In this document: piece by piece, positions 24,255 through 37,039 of the stretch
Position numbering within the stretch: the first letter of the stretch is position 1
Layout of the letters: every line of letters starts with the position of its first letter
Origin: Macrostomum lignano
Taxonomy: Eukaryota
Direction of reading: 5' to 3'
Assembly (NCBI GenBank): GCA_002269645.1
Contig: NIVC01001370.1
Span: 1-64,000, forward strand
DNA length: 64,000 bases
Position numbers and translations under genes: made by a program
The notes under the pieces: model-generated
What the model saw: only the letters and a program-made list of their open reading frames with translations
Told to the model about the DNA's origin: nothing
Database searches by the model: none

Positions 24255-26280
24255 CAAACATAGAAGAGCCAACATATCGAACATAAAAGAGTTACCATGT
24301 CAAACATAAAAGAGCTACCATGTCGAACATTAAAGAGCTACCATGTCAAACATAAAAAGAGCCACCATGTCAAACATAAAAGAGCCACTTTGTCGAACAT
24401 TAAAGAGCCACCATGTCAAACATAAAAGAGCCAACATGTCAGACATTAAAAAGCCACCGTACCAAACATAAAAGAGTTACCATGTAGAATAAAAAAGATC
24501 CACCATGTCGAACATAAAAGAGCCACCATGTCAAACATAAAGAGCCACCATGTCAAACATTTAGGAGCCACCATGTCAAACATATATGTGACTTTATGTC
24601 AAATATTAAAGAGCCACCATGTGAAACATTAAAGAGCCACCATGTCGAACATTTAAGAGCCACCATGTCAAACCTAAAAGAGCCACCATGTCGAACATAA
24701 AAGAGCCACAATGTCAAACATTAAAGAGCCACCATTTCAAACCTAAAGGAGCCACCATGTCGAACATTAAAGAGCCACCATGGAGAACATAAAAGAGCCA
24801 CCATATCAAACATAAAAGAGTTACCATGTCAAACATTAAAGAGCCACCATGTCAAACATAAAAGAGACAACATGTCAGACATTAAAAAGCCACCGTATCA
24901 AACATAAAAGAGTTACCATGTAGAACATTAAAGAGCCACCATTTCAAACCTAAAAGAGCCACCATGTCAAACATTAAAGAGCCACCATGTCGAACATTCA
25001 AAAGCCACCATGTCAAACATTAAAGAGCCACCATGTTGAACATAAAAGAGCCACCATATCAAACATAAAAGAGTTACCATGTCAAACATTAAAGAGCCAC
25101 ATTGTCAAGCATTAAAGACCCACCATTTCAAATCTAAAAGAGCCACCATGTCAAACATTAAGAAGCCACCATGTCAAACATTAAAAAGCCACAATGTCAA
25201 ACATTAAAGAGCCACCATTTCAAACCTAAAGGAGCCACCATGTCGAACATACAAGAGCCACCATGTCAAACATTAAAGAGTCACCATGTCAAACATTAAA
25301 GAGCCACCGTTTCAAACCTAAAAGAGCCACCATGTCGAACATAAAAGGGCCACCATGTCAAATATTAAAGAGCCAGCATGTCGAACATTAAAGAGCCACC
25401 ATGCCAAACATTAAAGAGCCACCATGTCAACCATAAAAGAGCCACCATGTCGAACATAAAAGAGCCACCATGTCAACCATAAAAGAACCACCACGTCAAG
25501 CATATACATTACTCCATGTCAAACATTAAAGATCCACCATGCCAAACATTAAAGAGCCACCATGTCAAACATTAAAGAGCCAGCATGTCAAACACTAAAC
25601 AGCCAGCATGTCAAACATAAAAGAGCCACCATGTCGAACATTATTGAGCCACCATGTCAGACATTAAAGAGCCACCATGCGAAACATAAAAGAGACACCA
25701 TGTCGAACATAAAAGAGCCACCATGTCAAACATAAAAGAGCCACCATGTCGAACATTATTGAGCCACCATGTCGAACATAAAAGAGCCACCATGCCAAAC
25801 ATAAAAGAGCCGCCATGTCAAACATAAAAAAGCCACTATGTCAACCATAAAAGAATCACCACGTCAAGCATATACATTACTCCATGTCAAACATTAAAGA
25901 GCCACCATGTCAAACATAAAAGAGCCACCATATCAAACATTAAAGAGCCACAATGTCAAAAATTAAAGAGCCACCATGTCGAAGATTAAAGTGCTACCAT
26001 GTCAAACATAGAAGAGACACCATGTCGAACAACTGAGCCACCATGTCAAACATAACAGAGACACCATGTCAAACATTAAAGAGCCACCATGTCAAAAATT
26101 AAAGAACCACGATGTCAATCATTAAAGAGCCACTATGTCAAACATATACGTGACTCCATGTCAAACATTAAAGAGCTACCATGTCAAACATAGAAGAGCC
26201 ACCATGTCAAACATAGAAGAGACACCATGTGTCCATGTCAAACATAGAAGAGCCACCATGTCAAACATAAAAAGAAGTGT
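24255..26280. repeat. 23-bp diverged minisatellite inside the Helitron
   Basis: AAAGAGCCACCATGTCAAACAT(T/A) repeats. Confidence 0.95.
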
Positions 26281-26339
26281 CATGCCAAACAAAATGGAGC
26301 CACTATAAATCTAATGAAATTATTGCAGTAGCTACTTGA

Positions 26340-27010
26340 TGTCTGGTGGATGCTTGCTATTTAAGGATGGATACTTGCTATCAGGGGGATGCTTGCTATC
26401 TGAGTGATGCTTGCTATTGGGGGGAGGGATGCTTGCTATCGGAAGAATGCTTGCTATCTGGGGTAACTTGCTATTGGGGGATGCTTGTTCTTGGGGAGTG
26501 GATGGTACTTGCTATCTGAGAGGGGGTTGCTAGCTATCTATAAGGATTCTTTGTATCCAGGGATGCTTGCTATCTGGGGGATGGTTGCATGCTGTCTGGG
26601 GATGCTTGCATGCTGTCTGGGGATGCTTGCATGCTGTCTGGGGATGCTTGCATGCTGTCTGGGGATGCTTGCTATCTGGGCGATTCTTGCTATCTGGGAG
26701 ATGCTTGCTATCTGGGGGATGCTTGCATGCTGTCTGGGGATGCTTGCTATCTGGGGGATTCTTGCTATCTGGGGATGCTTGCGTGCTGTCTGGGGATGCT
26801 TGCTATATCTGGGGGATTCGTGCTATCTGGGAGATGCTTGCATGCTGTCTGGGGATGCTTGCTATCTGGGGGATGCTTGCTATCTGGAAGATGCTTGCAT
26901 GCTGTCTGGGGATGCTTGCTATCTGGGGGATTCTTGCTATTTGGGGGATGCTTGCTATCTGGGAGATGCTTGCATGCTATCTGGGAGATGCTTGCATGCT
27001 GTCTGGGGAT
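26340..27010. repeat. 17/21-bp minisatellite inside the Helitron
   Basis: GGGGATGCTTGCTATCT and GGGGATGCTTGCATGCTGTCT units; explains ORFs 26485-27142. Confidence 0.93.
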
Positions 27011-27132
27011 GTTTTCTTTACAGATGGAATGTCTGTTGTCTTTGTGAAAGCTTTATTTCGCTGTCTTTTTGTTACTTTTAGAGAACAGATATTCTATTTA
27101 GATGTCCCCCATCGGGGGGCGAAGATTGCTAG

Positions 27133-27659
27133 TATTGGCTGATATCAGGCTTTTGCACCAGACCCATGTCTAGCAGGATGCGAATAAACTTTTTCATCTC
27201 GTTCATATTGCAAGGTTTCCAGCTACGCAGTTTCCATGGCAACTCTTTGCTACCCTGCTGAACCTGTTGAATCTCCATAGCTGCTCTGCTATTTGTCCAG
27301 TTGCACAAGGACTGTACGAAGCTGTCAGGAAGGAACTGTCCAATGATAGCCAAGATTCCATTCTCGATGTCCCCTGGCACTATGAAGTTTGGATGTAAGC
27401 CAGATGTTCCGAAAAATTCGGGAACTGGGTTTGGCCGAATATCAGTTTCCGTGCTTTTATCATGCCAGTTTTCGTCAGCTTCTACTTGCTGAGCTTCGGC
27501 AGGACCTTCTTCAGGACCGCTGGCCTCGCTATCGTTTGATTCATCATCATTGTCAAGTGCGGTCGCAAATGAGTCATTATCTGAATCACTGTCCAAGATG
27601 AAGTTCTGTAGATCTGAGCCGGCGGCTTGCATTGTCTCATGCGCAATTGGCCAAGGCAA
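27133..27659 (-). pseudogene. piggyBac transposase N-terminal part
   Basis: Acidic N-terminus, WTNSRA, WKPCNMNEMKKFIRILLDMGLVQKPDISQY; candidate terminus TTAA|CCACTC at 28166-28157. Confidence 0.9.
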
Positions 27660-28894
27660 TATGTATATATGATCTGCTGTCTCTGTTACTGTCTAATTGA
27701 TTCATAGACTGTATGATCTAAACTAAATTCGATGCTATGTACAAATGGGCAAGGCAGTCACAAACCTGATATCTATGGTAATTACTGCTCTCTTTGAAAT
27801 TGCATAGATTTCATAATTGAACAGAGAAAAGAAAATCAATATTGCAGAGTGTCTGGGTTATTGGCCATAGACTATCTGAATTTGACTCAACAATTTTTTT
27901 TCTTCAGCAACCTACCATCTGGCATCTACTTTGGTAACAGATTCTACTTATACTACTTACTTTTTGGCTCTAAAAACTGTGGGAGGGTAAGGGAGTGAGA
28001 CGTGCCTTAAGTTTTATTAAATGTTGCTTGTAAACTATGGCAGCAGAGCTGCTGTGGGAGGTAACGGGTGTGAGCAAAAATAGGCGCGGGAGGCTAGTGG
28101 TTATACTATTAGTTGCAAGGATGCCTTTATATAAGCTTGTCATTTTAACCTAGTAAGAGTGGTTAAATGTCTAGCTTTCTATTTATATGATGATATGTCA
28201 TTTCTAGAATTACTATTAATAGTATTGATATAGGGTAAAAAGCTATAACAATGACTTAAATTGAGGATAATAGTCAAAACTTGATAAAGAAATATATATA
28301 GGATTTTAATTTGTAAAATAATAAACAAATTATTATCATAGAAAAAACTTCTTAATTAGCATAAATACTAAGCCTTAACTCTTAAATTGTTTTCCCTCAG
28401 TCATTTGCCTCAGTGCCCTACTCACTCAGTCTAAAAAATTTTTCTTAACCTTTTACAATAAGTTACTAGCAAAAACTTTAATCCAATAGTATGCCCTTGT
28501 TATTTGGATATGTCCTGCTCTATTTTTGTCATTATCTTTACTTTTTCAAGTGGAACAAGACATGAAGACATATGGCACTGTGGCATGTTTTCTCTAGCCA
28601 GATATACTTGAAATCTATGCTCTAATCAAGGTATGAAAAAATTAACTACTGGCACCTTTCTACCTTAACCAATGCCTGCTTTGCAATAAATAGTATTAGC
28701 TCTACCATAGCCAATGTCAGCTGTACTACTACCTGAGCCATCTTACTCATTGCAATATGCCTATTATTATCAACTAATATGCTGCAAGCAGATAAGCATC
28801 AGTCAATAGAAATATAACCATTAATCAGTTTCAAATAGATTATCAAAGATAGATTAGCATTTGATAAACCTGATAAAGATATTTAGCAGGGTGT

Positions 28895-30910
28895 AGCCCA
28901 TTTTGGCAAAAGAATTTTCAGCAAAAGATGTTTTGGGGAAGATGAATTTTTTGTCTACATAGATGCACATTTTGGCAAAAGAAATTAACGACTTTGGCAA
29001 AAAGATACTTATACATGTATAAGTATCTTTCAAATTATTCATTGACTGCCTTAGACAGATATTTGCAATTTGCACATTTAAAAACTCACAACTTAGCTAT
29101 ATATAGCTTATCATGCAAAGTGCACTAGACTATTTCTGTTAAGTTCTCATAAAAACTTGACTTGCACTCTGCAACTATGAATGCACCTAGCAATTAATGT
29201 CTTCTCTGTGAGAAAATTGTAAGTATCTTTGCCCTTTGACCTTGCTGATCAACGCGCCATCATTTGTGGTGGATGTGGTAGATGGCAGCATCAAAAATGT
29301 TGAACAGGGATTTCGCACCAACAATATATCCAGATACAGAAAGGTATGGATATAACTTGTCAGTGCATATATGTGCATACATTGTCTTTTCACATACATG
29401 TATTATTCTGTTTATGTACATGAGCATGAATTTAAACCCCAGGCGAGCTACAGATAAGTTGGTGGTGCCAGCAGCCATGTGCCAATCAAGAGCCACCCAA
29501 TCAGGAGCCCCTGCAAGCAGACATCGAAAATCTACAAATTTAGGCCTTCTGCAGAAAGCTCATGGCCCTAGGATTTCTTCCAGCTATTGAAATGCGATGG
29601 CAGTTTGAGCAACTTTGTCAGCAAAGCAGATAACACCCACCCTGCAGCCACTCTTAAATGTATATCTTTCAGGTACATCAACAAAATTATATGAAATTAT
29701 ATTACAATCAAAATGTGGTAAATAAATGTACAAATTTAAGATATACATTCTGCGAACAATTTAATTCAATTAGGACATGTGGTTAAACGGTACTGTCTGG
29801 AGCACTAATGAAATATCAGTTTACAACTGCACTATTTGAACCAACAATGACATAGAAGGCTGGCATTGACGGCTCAACTACCGGGCTTAGCGAGGTGGCC
29901 TTCAATTTTACATTCTCGTCTGACTATTGCATGATGAAGGGCGACTCATTGCTGTTGATGCTCAGCTCATGGCACAGGGACAGTTGCAATGATTTCAGCG
30001 CAAAGCACAGCGAAAGCGTGACTGCATATTTTTAGAACTGTGGCGGGAGCACTGCTTGGGCCACACTCTCGAATCTGTTATATGGTACGCCAGAAAAAAT
30101 GACCCCTTACGCCATAAATTTAAGTTTACGCCAGAAAAAATTTTGTACATGATTATGTACGCCGGAACAAAATTGCAACGTTACGCCAAATTGAAACTCA
30201 AAATTTCAGGTGCCTTTTATTTTTAAGTAAAATTACCTTTTACTTTAATAAACACAAAAATCTGGGAATAAATAAATAGTAACTATTGTATAGTGTTTCT
30301 TGTTTTGTATTTTGTTTTAACATTTTGTTCGTAAAAACATTTTTAAACGTTTTTTGTACGTCAATTGAACATACAATACGTGAATATGTCATTTTATACA
30401 TCTACTGCCACGCCAAACATCACGCCAGACACCGATACGCCGGCGCAGTGGCGCACAATTGGCATAGCTGTTGTGTTACGCCGGATGTTATACGCCAAGC
30501 ATATTTTCAGGTCTACTGTACGCCGGAATTTTCCGGCGTATATGTAAGATTTGGGAGTGGGGTGCTTGGGTCTGCGCTCAACTGAGAGCTTGTTAAGAAG
30601 TGTAGTTGCCTAAATCCACCCTAACTTTGTGATACACGTACAATGACAATGGATATATTTACCTTTATTTTAAATGTCTTAGCCCAAATGACTTTTAATT
30701 TTAGTAATCTATTTTATTTGCTCAATTTGTTCATTTTAAGTGTTTTTATTTATAGACACCAATTTTTTAATTTGTTATAATTACTCTGTGTATAACGCAT
30801 AATTGCTTGCCTTTTGCCAATAATAAAAATAACCCCTTGCCAAAGTGGATCAATTTTAGACGAAATGGTCATTGCAAAAGTTTTTTGCCATTATTTTACT
30901 ATACCAAATA
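28895..30910 (+). mobile_element. Decayed Mutator-like (MULE) element with PHD finger
   Basis: AIICGGCGRWQHQKC*TGIS (PHD relic, ~29244-29370); WLNGTVW...*TNNDIEGWH*RLN...FYILV*LLHDE (MULE C-terminal RTNNxxEGWH motif); GGCAAAA/TTTGCC subterminal repeats at both ends. Confidence 0.65.
30061..30562. mobile_element. MITE (TACGCC family) with 8-bp TSD nested in the MULE ORF
   Basis: TSD TGCTTGGG at 30053-30060 and 30563-30570; removal restores ELWREHCLGLRSTESLL. Confidence 0.85.
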
Positions 30911-33002
30911 AAAGAAATGATACAATAATGGAATAATTACAATTGTATAACAACTATGTTATAATTGTCAATTAAGCCTATTTTTATACTAGGCCCATAA
31001 TTGGCAATTATTTTTTCATTTATTTTTATTAGTTTTTTGTATATTCTCCAACATAATTAAGGGACAATATTTCCTAATAGGCCTAGGTAGGCCCTATAGA
31101 TTTCCTATCAATGCTAATATGTTCCTTGAAATGCAACTCATGGCTCATACATATATGGCTATATTACTTTTTGACAAAAAGCCTAACATAGGCCTAAATG
31201 ATAACATTTATACAATGCTTCTTTAATATAACTCTAAGGTCTAAGCATGAAACAGACTAGACTATAGACGTATTTTTATAAATAAAAATTTAAATGAGCA
31301 GACTACATAGCCATTGATGTCATGGCTTACTGGGGGAATTGCTTGCTAAGAGGTCAAGGCTTATTAAGCCTAAGGGGGATTGCTAAGATGTGAGATATCA
31401 AGGCTTACTAAGAATTGTTTAGGTGTCAAGGCAAATAGGATTTACATAAATAATTTTTTAACATGCTTATTCAATAAGTTATTAGGTGCCCTAAAGCCAA
31501 GGCCAAAAGGCAACTAGATTGCTTGCTAGTTGCTAGTATAAATTATCCTATTGACATTGTCTAGTATTGACCTATAGTGATTTATTTTGTTTATATATAA
31601 CTTATAAAATATTAAATAGGACATATGGAATTAAATCGTACATAATTAAGAAACTTGAGACATAAGCATGTCAAAAATTTCTAATGTATTATTAATTAAG
31701 ATAGGCCTGCTAGACCTAATATAGTAATAAACAGCTTGTAAAATTTAAAATTTTTGGCTTAGCTAAGACAAGTTAGCTATATTATTATGCTAGCTACTAA
31801 AATACAAACAGGCGCTGAGGCGCAGAAGGCTGAGTTTGTTTGACGCTTAAAAACCGGAAGACAGAGAACTAACAGTTGGTGACTCGATTCATCATGAACA
31901 CAATAAAATACGATGCTGCGCCCGCGGCCCGTGCCCTGCACGGCTACTCTATAATAATAATTTTGCTTTGGCTATGCAGCAAAAAGTTAAAAAATGCTGA
32001 CTTTCCAAGACACTTTAGTTGATTATAACAAAGTTTCTCGCGGACTAGGACTCCCTCGGACAAGTGTCTGGAGCGCGGAAACAGAGAAATTTAGTGTTTA
32101 GATTCTTTTCCGCCACCTTTCTTGGATTTCCGTTCAAATGAGATGAGATCACAGCGTCTTGCAGGGGTTTTAGCGGGGCATAGCAGTAGAGAGGAATTAG
32201 TCACAGAGTTATAGCTGCTGTGAGTAAACAGGAGCTCGAATTTTGCAACATCTTGGACGTGCCATCAAAAATCAGGCGACAGGAGTAGAGGAGGAGTAGA
32301 GACCCACGCCGGGGCGTCGCCATCGGGAGGGACCATGTCGCCCCCCCCCACGCCTGTAAAAGCTATACGGGGAAACAACGGGGAGACATGCAATGCTTTT
32401 CATCCGCCCCATCTTGTGACTATCATGAAAATGAATAATGTTGGTTTGGGCGAAAAAATATAGCACCTGTGGCGAAAAAACCATCAGTGCATGAATACGG
32501 CGCTAATATTGAGTCCCTGGCTACGGCGCCAAAAAGGATCGAGTGTCTAGTGGCATCAAAATAGACCTGCTGGGGGCGAATAACACAACCGATTCCTAAA
32601 TAAAATAAGTAATCAAACACAAATTGGCGCGCACAACTCGATCCAGAAAACCCGCGAGCCACAATTCAGTCTCCACGTGCGTAAAAGAACACACAAAAAT
32701 ATAATTGAATTGACCACCAATTCATGTACGTCGTACAACCAATCAAACTAATACATATGTATCACTTGTTCTTCGACAATCCGGAGTTCCTCTTCCTGCA
32801 GAACTGCTGAAGCGGCGACCCCGACAGGGCAATCTTCGATCTGCCGGATAACACCGCCATTTCCATTCCATTTTAGGCTTTTCACCCTCGCTGAGGGTAT
32901 ATCCCTCACCCCACGGCGCTAGGGGTCGTCGGTGTCGCAGTTTCTTCTGTGTCTAGCCATGTTTGTCGCCGCCAGAGTTCTTTCGCAACCTGGACATTCT
33001 TT

Positions 33003-33733
33003 TCATTTTCTCTTGTAGACTCTCGCGGTGTTGCTGATGTTGGGTTCTACTGTGTTGTCATGTGAGCAACTGCGTCTGTGTCTTGCGATGTTTTTCCGGT
33101 GTATTCTTGCGCCACATCTTCCGCATATTCTCATCTCTCCTTCTGTTCTGTCAATTCCGTTACATGCTTTTCTGTGGTTCTTGAGAGTGTTCTCGCTCTT
33201 GAAAGTTGTGGTGCATATATTGCATTTAAACGTGACTTTCTGCTCTCGATGCATTCTCTTCATGTGGATTGCGAACCGCCTCGAGATTTACATTTTTTTA
33301 CCATCACATCCGGACCATTAGCAGATAAAATCTCCTTGCTGGTTACTGTTTTCTCGGTCCTTTCCAGTGTTTGTTCTCCGCTGTGTCGATGACCTCTTCT
33401 TTTCTCAAACTCTTCCATGTGTTTCATTCTCTCCATGATGGTCTCCTTCCATTTCTTTCTGTCCCTTGTTTCCTCTTTGATCCTCGTCCAGTCGATGTTC
33501 GCTTCCTTCAGTTTCTTCCAGTAAAAGAGGGTCTTCTTTTTCTTGCCTCGGCATTTCTTGATTTGTTCAAGATCTTTGAGCCGTCCTAGCGTTGCAATTT
33601 TAACCATTCTGCTGTTTTCCATGCGCATTATGTGACCGATCCTTTCGAGGGTCCTTTTTTCAATTTTCCACCTAATAGATTTGATCTCCAGTTCGTTTCT
33701 TATGTCTTGCATGTTAACTCGTTCTCGTTCCAT
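33003..33733 (-). mobile_element. 5'-truncated LINE C-terminus with C2H2-like zinc fingers
   Basis: KRTLERIGHIMRM (post-RT motif), CNICTTTFKSENTLKNHRKAC, CGRCGARIHRKNIARHRRSC; frameshifted. Confidence 0.75.
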
Positions 33734-33796
33734 CTGCTTCAGGGGTGGCTCGCGTTTGTTACTTCAGATATGTCTGTAGCATTTGTCCACCCAGCT

Positions 33797-34150
33797 TTGT
33801 TATAAACACCGCCCTGGGAGCCATGGCCAGCATCGTCCTGCCCATCTTCATGGCTTCTTTGGCAACAGCCCGACGGCCTATACGGAAGCTGAGACCCTTG
33901 ACGCGTCAGGGAATGTACTTTTCAGCGATTGCTCTCTCGGACAACTGCATTCTGTTCATGACAGGCTTTTTGTGGATGCTCTTAGCCAAGGGTCTGCCGT
34001 GGATCAGCGGGGCCAAGTACGGATTCTTCATCGTGACTGAGTCGAAGGGCGCTTGCAGAGTTATGCGCTACTTGGAGTCATTGTTCAGCCTCACGTCCAG
34101 CATCCTGTTCCTGATGATGGTGATCGACCGATGCCTGAGCGTTTACTTTC
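33797..34150 (+). pseudogene. Partial, deleted copy (TM1-TM3) of the GPCR at 40209-41465
   Basis: Near-identical INTALGAMASIVLPIF...VIDRCLSVYF with small deletions. Confidence 0.92.
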
Positions 34151-34159
34151 GATTTAACA

Positions 34160-35270
34160 ACAACAACAACAGAATACGCAGTTAGCGTCATAGGGCGCGC
34201 CTCAAGGGCAGGTCGCGAATGAACGCCACGCCGCCGGCCGAATCCGGGGCGCCGGCGTCAGCCAGAAGGCAGTCGACGAAACGCCGAGTGCGCGCCTGCC
34301 CCCGCCGGTAGGGTGCCTGCTGAACTGCTGACGAACTGCTGACAACGCAAAAGCTCCGTCGCTTGTCCATCTGCACAAAATCGCAGCCTCGATGCCGTCC
34401 GGCACGCAGAACACGACGGTTTTCTGCGTGTTGACCACCAGGCCGACACTCGCCACAACAGCAACTAGCTTGTCCAGTTGTCGCTGGGCGGAGTCGATGA
34501 TCGGACCGCAGAGCCAGTGGCGTGATGGCGCGGCAATTGACGACGCGGCGGCGTTCGCGGAAGCGCACGAGCACATAAACGAGCTGTGCTTGCCTCCGTG
34601 TTGCGTTCCGGCCACGCACATTCCGCAGCCTGCGCTTGCACCAAACGAAAGTTGCAAGCCTGCCCAGTGGCTTACGGAAGCGGATGTTGGCCGACATCAT
34701 GTCTGCCTCTCAAGGAAGTCATCCAGCGCTCCGGTGTTGCCGTTCTCACGCGTTGTGACGAACAGTTACCGCTCGGACCTACGCAAAACCACGTTCAGGT
34801 CTCCAAGGATTATCACTGTGTCACGCTGCGCCGTGGGCTCCACCTGTACCGAGAGCTGCTCAAAGAATTCTAGCTTGAGCCTCGTCAGGTCGGGTGGCAG
34901 GAGGCGCGTACGCGCAGAACAGGCGAGCATTTCGGCCGCGAAGCCGGGCGTCGACCCGGAGCAGCCGAGGGGACAGAGACGCAGCGACAGCTCTGCAGCA
35001 GCCTCGGTCAGACCAACGCTCAAACTCCTCCACGGCCTCGTTGGTCCGCCAATGTGTAGTACAGGGTCCATCCGGCGTCCAGGAGGGAAGCCCCGGATCA
35101 GCCTTGATCGCACATCGCACTGCAGAGACCTCCTGCAGTGCGATGACGTCACAGCTTAGGTCGAGCGCTAGCTTTGCTGGAGCCCCTCTCCGCCAGACGG
35201 CAGTTCAGCGTCCCGACCCAAAAATCCCGATCCAAAGTTCCTACATGTAAGTTGCTGGGATATTCGTTGA
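34160..35270 (-). mobile_element. Internally deleted RTE-like LINE (AP endonuclease joined to the RT end), (TTG)n tail
   Basis: APE motifs IILGDLN and RSDHRL run directly into AQRQLDKLVAVVASVGLVVNTQKT. Confidence 0.85.
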
Positions 35271-37039
35271 CACAATTCTCGGTTGCCGTTTCTGTTTCGA
35301 ATTAAGTGGGCAGAAACGGAGCAGAGAGCGCGCTGACGTGCTGCATCAGTCTGAAGAGTTGGAAGCTGAGCCTTATCTACGCCTATTCGTTAGTCCTCTT
35401 CAACCCTCTCAATCCTGAAATTTTTCACCATCCTACTATAGCCGCTTCAGAATTGTCATTTAAGTGTCCATGTCGGTGATTTGGCTTGTCCACAGTCGTC
35501 AACACTATCAGCCGGAGCTCAGCCAGTTTGAGCTCTTAATTACTCTGGCCGACATTCGCGTTTCGCGTTTTTAGTGGTGACTAATTGGTCAGGAATTGTC
35601 TGCAATTGATGTGCCCATATACTCGTAGTTCCTGATCCGAACTTTTACTGTGTGTGACGTTTTAACGTATCCAAATTTCGAGTTACAGCGTCAACAGTCG
35701 CTTTAATTAAACTACTGCATAGAGAGAATCTTCTTGTGGACTTGGTAGTCTTGTGGACTTCTTGTGAACTAAACTACTCTTAAATTATAAAATAGATTCT
35801 CCAAGTCTCATTTAATTGTCACTGATGATGAAGTGCATAGAAGAGCAAGATCATGCAGCACCGTGGCTCCTACGAAAAAGTCCACTGTTGACGCTAAAAA
35901 CTTTGCAAAACACCATGGTCTTGAATGGTATTGAGTGAAGCCACGATAATAAAAATCCTAGACAAGCAGACAAGCAGCAATCACTTTGAAGTGCTTGGAA
36001 GAGATGTAGAAATACCGGTGGTTCGGAACTCGCCAGAAAACACCATGGAGGCAGGAATTCGCCCAGTGGCTGACTGATTTGACCTCAGAATGTCATCTGA
36101 TCTGTGTTAATGAAAATCATCCAGGAGGTTTCACCGGATCGTGGCCTGGTTCACCAAAAGATCGTGAGCCAGACACTGACTGCCAACCTATTCCAGGTGT
36201 TCATCGAGGAGCTGCTCAACTCGGCGGTCAAAAATCCAAAGGCGTCGACAAGGCGCTTCGTAACACTAGAGTACTGAGAAATCTGTCTTTTAGCACCGGG
36301 TTTCCCCACGGTTATTAAACTGCTTGCTCATAATATCAAATGGCTTGCAAATAAGCTATATTTCTCAGCGTAAAGCAGACATGTACGAGCTTCTTGAAAG
36401 TAGAGCACATCCATTGTATTATCAAAATCCGTTTGATAACTGAATTAAAATCCTCACTTAAGTGGAGAACAAATTACGAGTACACGACGTATATTGACAG
36501 TTGATCAGATCATATTTCTCTAATAAAATGGTCCACTTCTGCATCGCATGCACAGAGCTAATTTGACGTGACGATGAGGCAATGCCCATGGCAGGCCACG
36601 TGATCCGGGAAAAGGGCAGATGCCCCCAAATGACTTCTCAGGACGTCTTCCTGTTGATTTAGCTCAAACCGACAATGTGGCTTAATGAGCCGGATGTGCT
36701 TCGCAATGATTTCGATGAAATAATAAAAGCAAACCGCGTGCAGGATGAACGTAGCAAGCAGATTTCCATTTTCAATTACTCAAATATGTTTTCTATCACA
36801 ATACTTGTACTATCGGAAAAGTTGATTGATAGCTTATCAAAATGTTTTCTAAGAAAAAAATAAGGCGATGATCGTTTAATTAAATTTCAAATTTCCGTTA
36901 AGCTAACTAGGTAAAACTAAAATGGAATGAAAAAGTGAAATTTTCGCTGTAAATCCGTGAATAAAAATGGGAAATCCCGTATATACAATTATAAAGGAAA
37001 GAACGAAAATGAAACTTTCTAAACTCAAAAAAGTGTGTT

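Larger units (their letters stand above)
22609..27132 (+). mobile_element. Non-autonomous Helitron inserted in the piggyBac transposase
   Basis: 5' TC(CTTCCTTC)TATATACTAAAGCTG; 3' hairpin CCCCC-ATC-GGGGG then CTAG; no TSD; excision restores CAA-TAC-TGG-TCA (QYWS). Confidence 0.88.

Noticed and set aside
31810-32700. CpG-rich stretch with GGCGAAAA/GGCGCC motifs as a promoter or MULE end
   Set aside because: No adjacent gene start, TIR pair or TSD could be confirmed by eye
35860-36900. Possible additional retroelement or DNA-transposon remnant
   Set aside because: No diagnostic motif or termini could be established without a search
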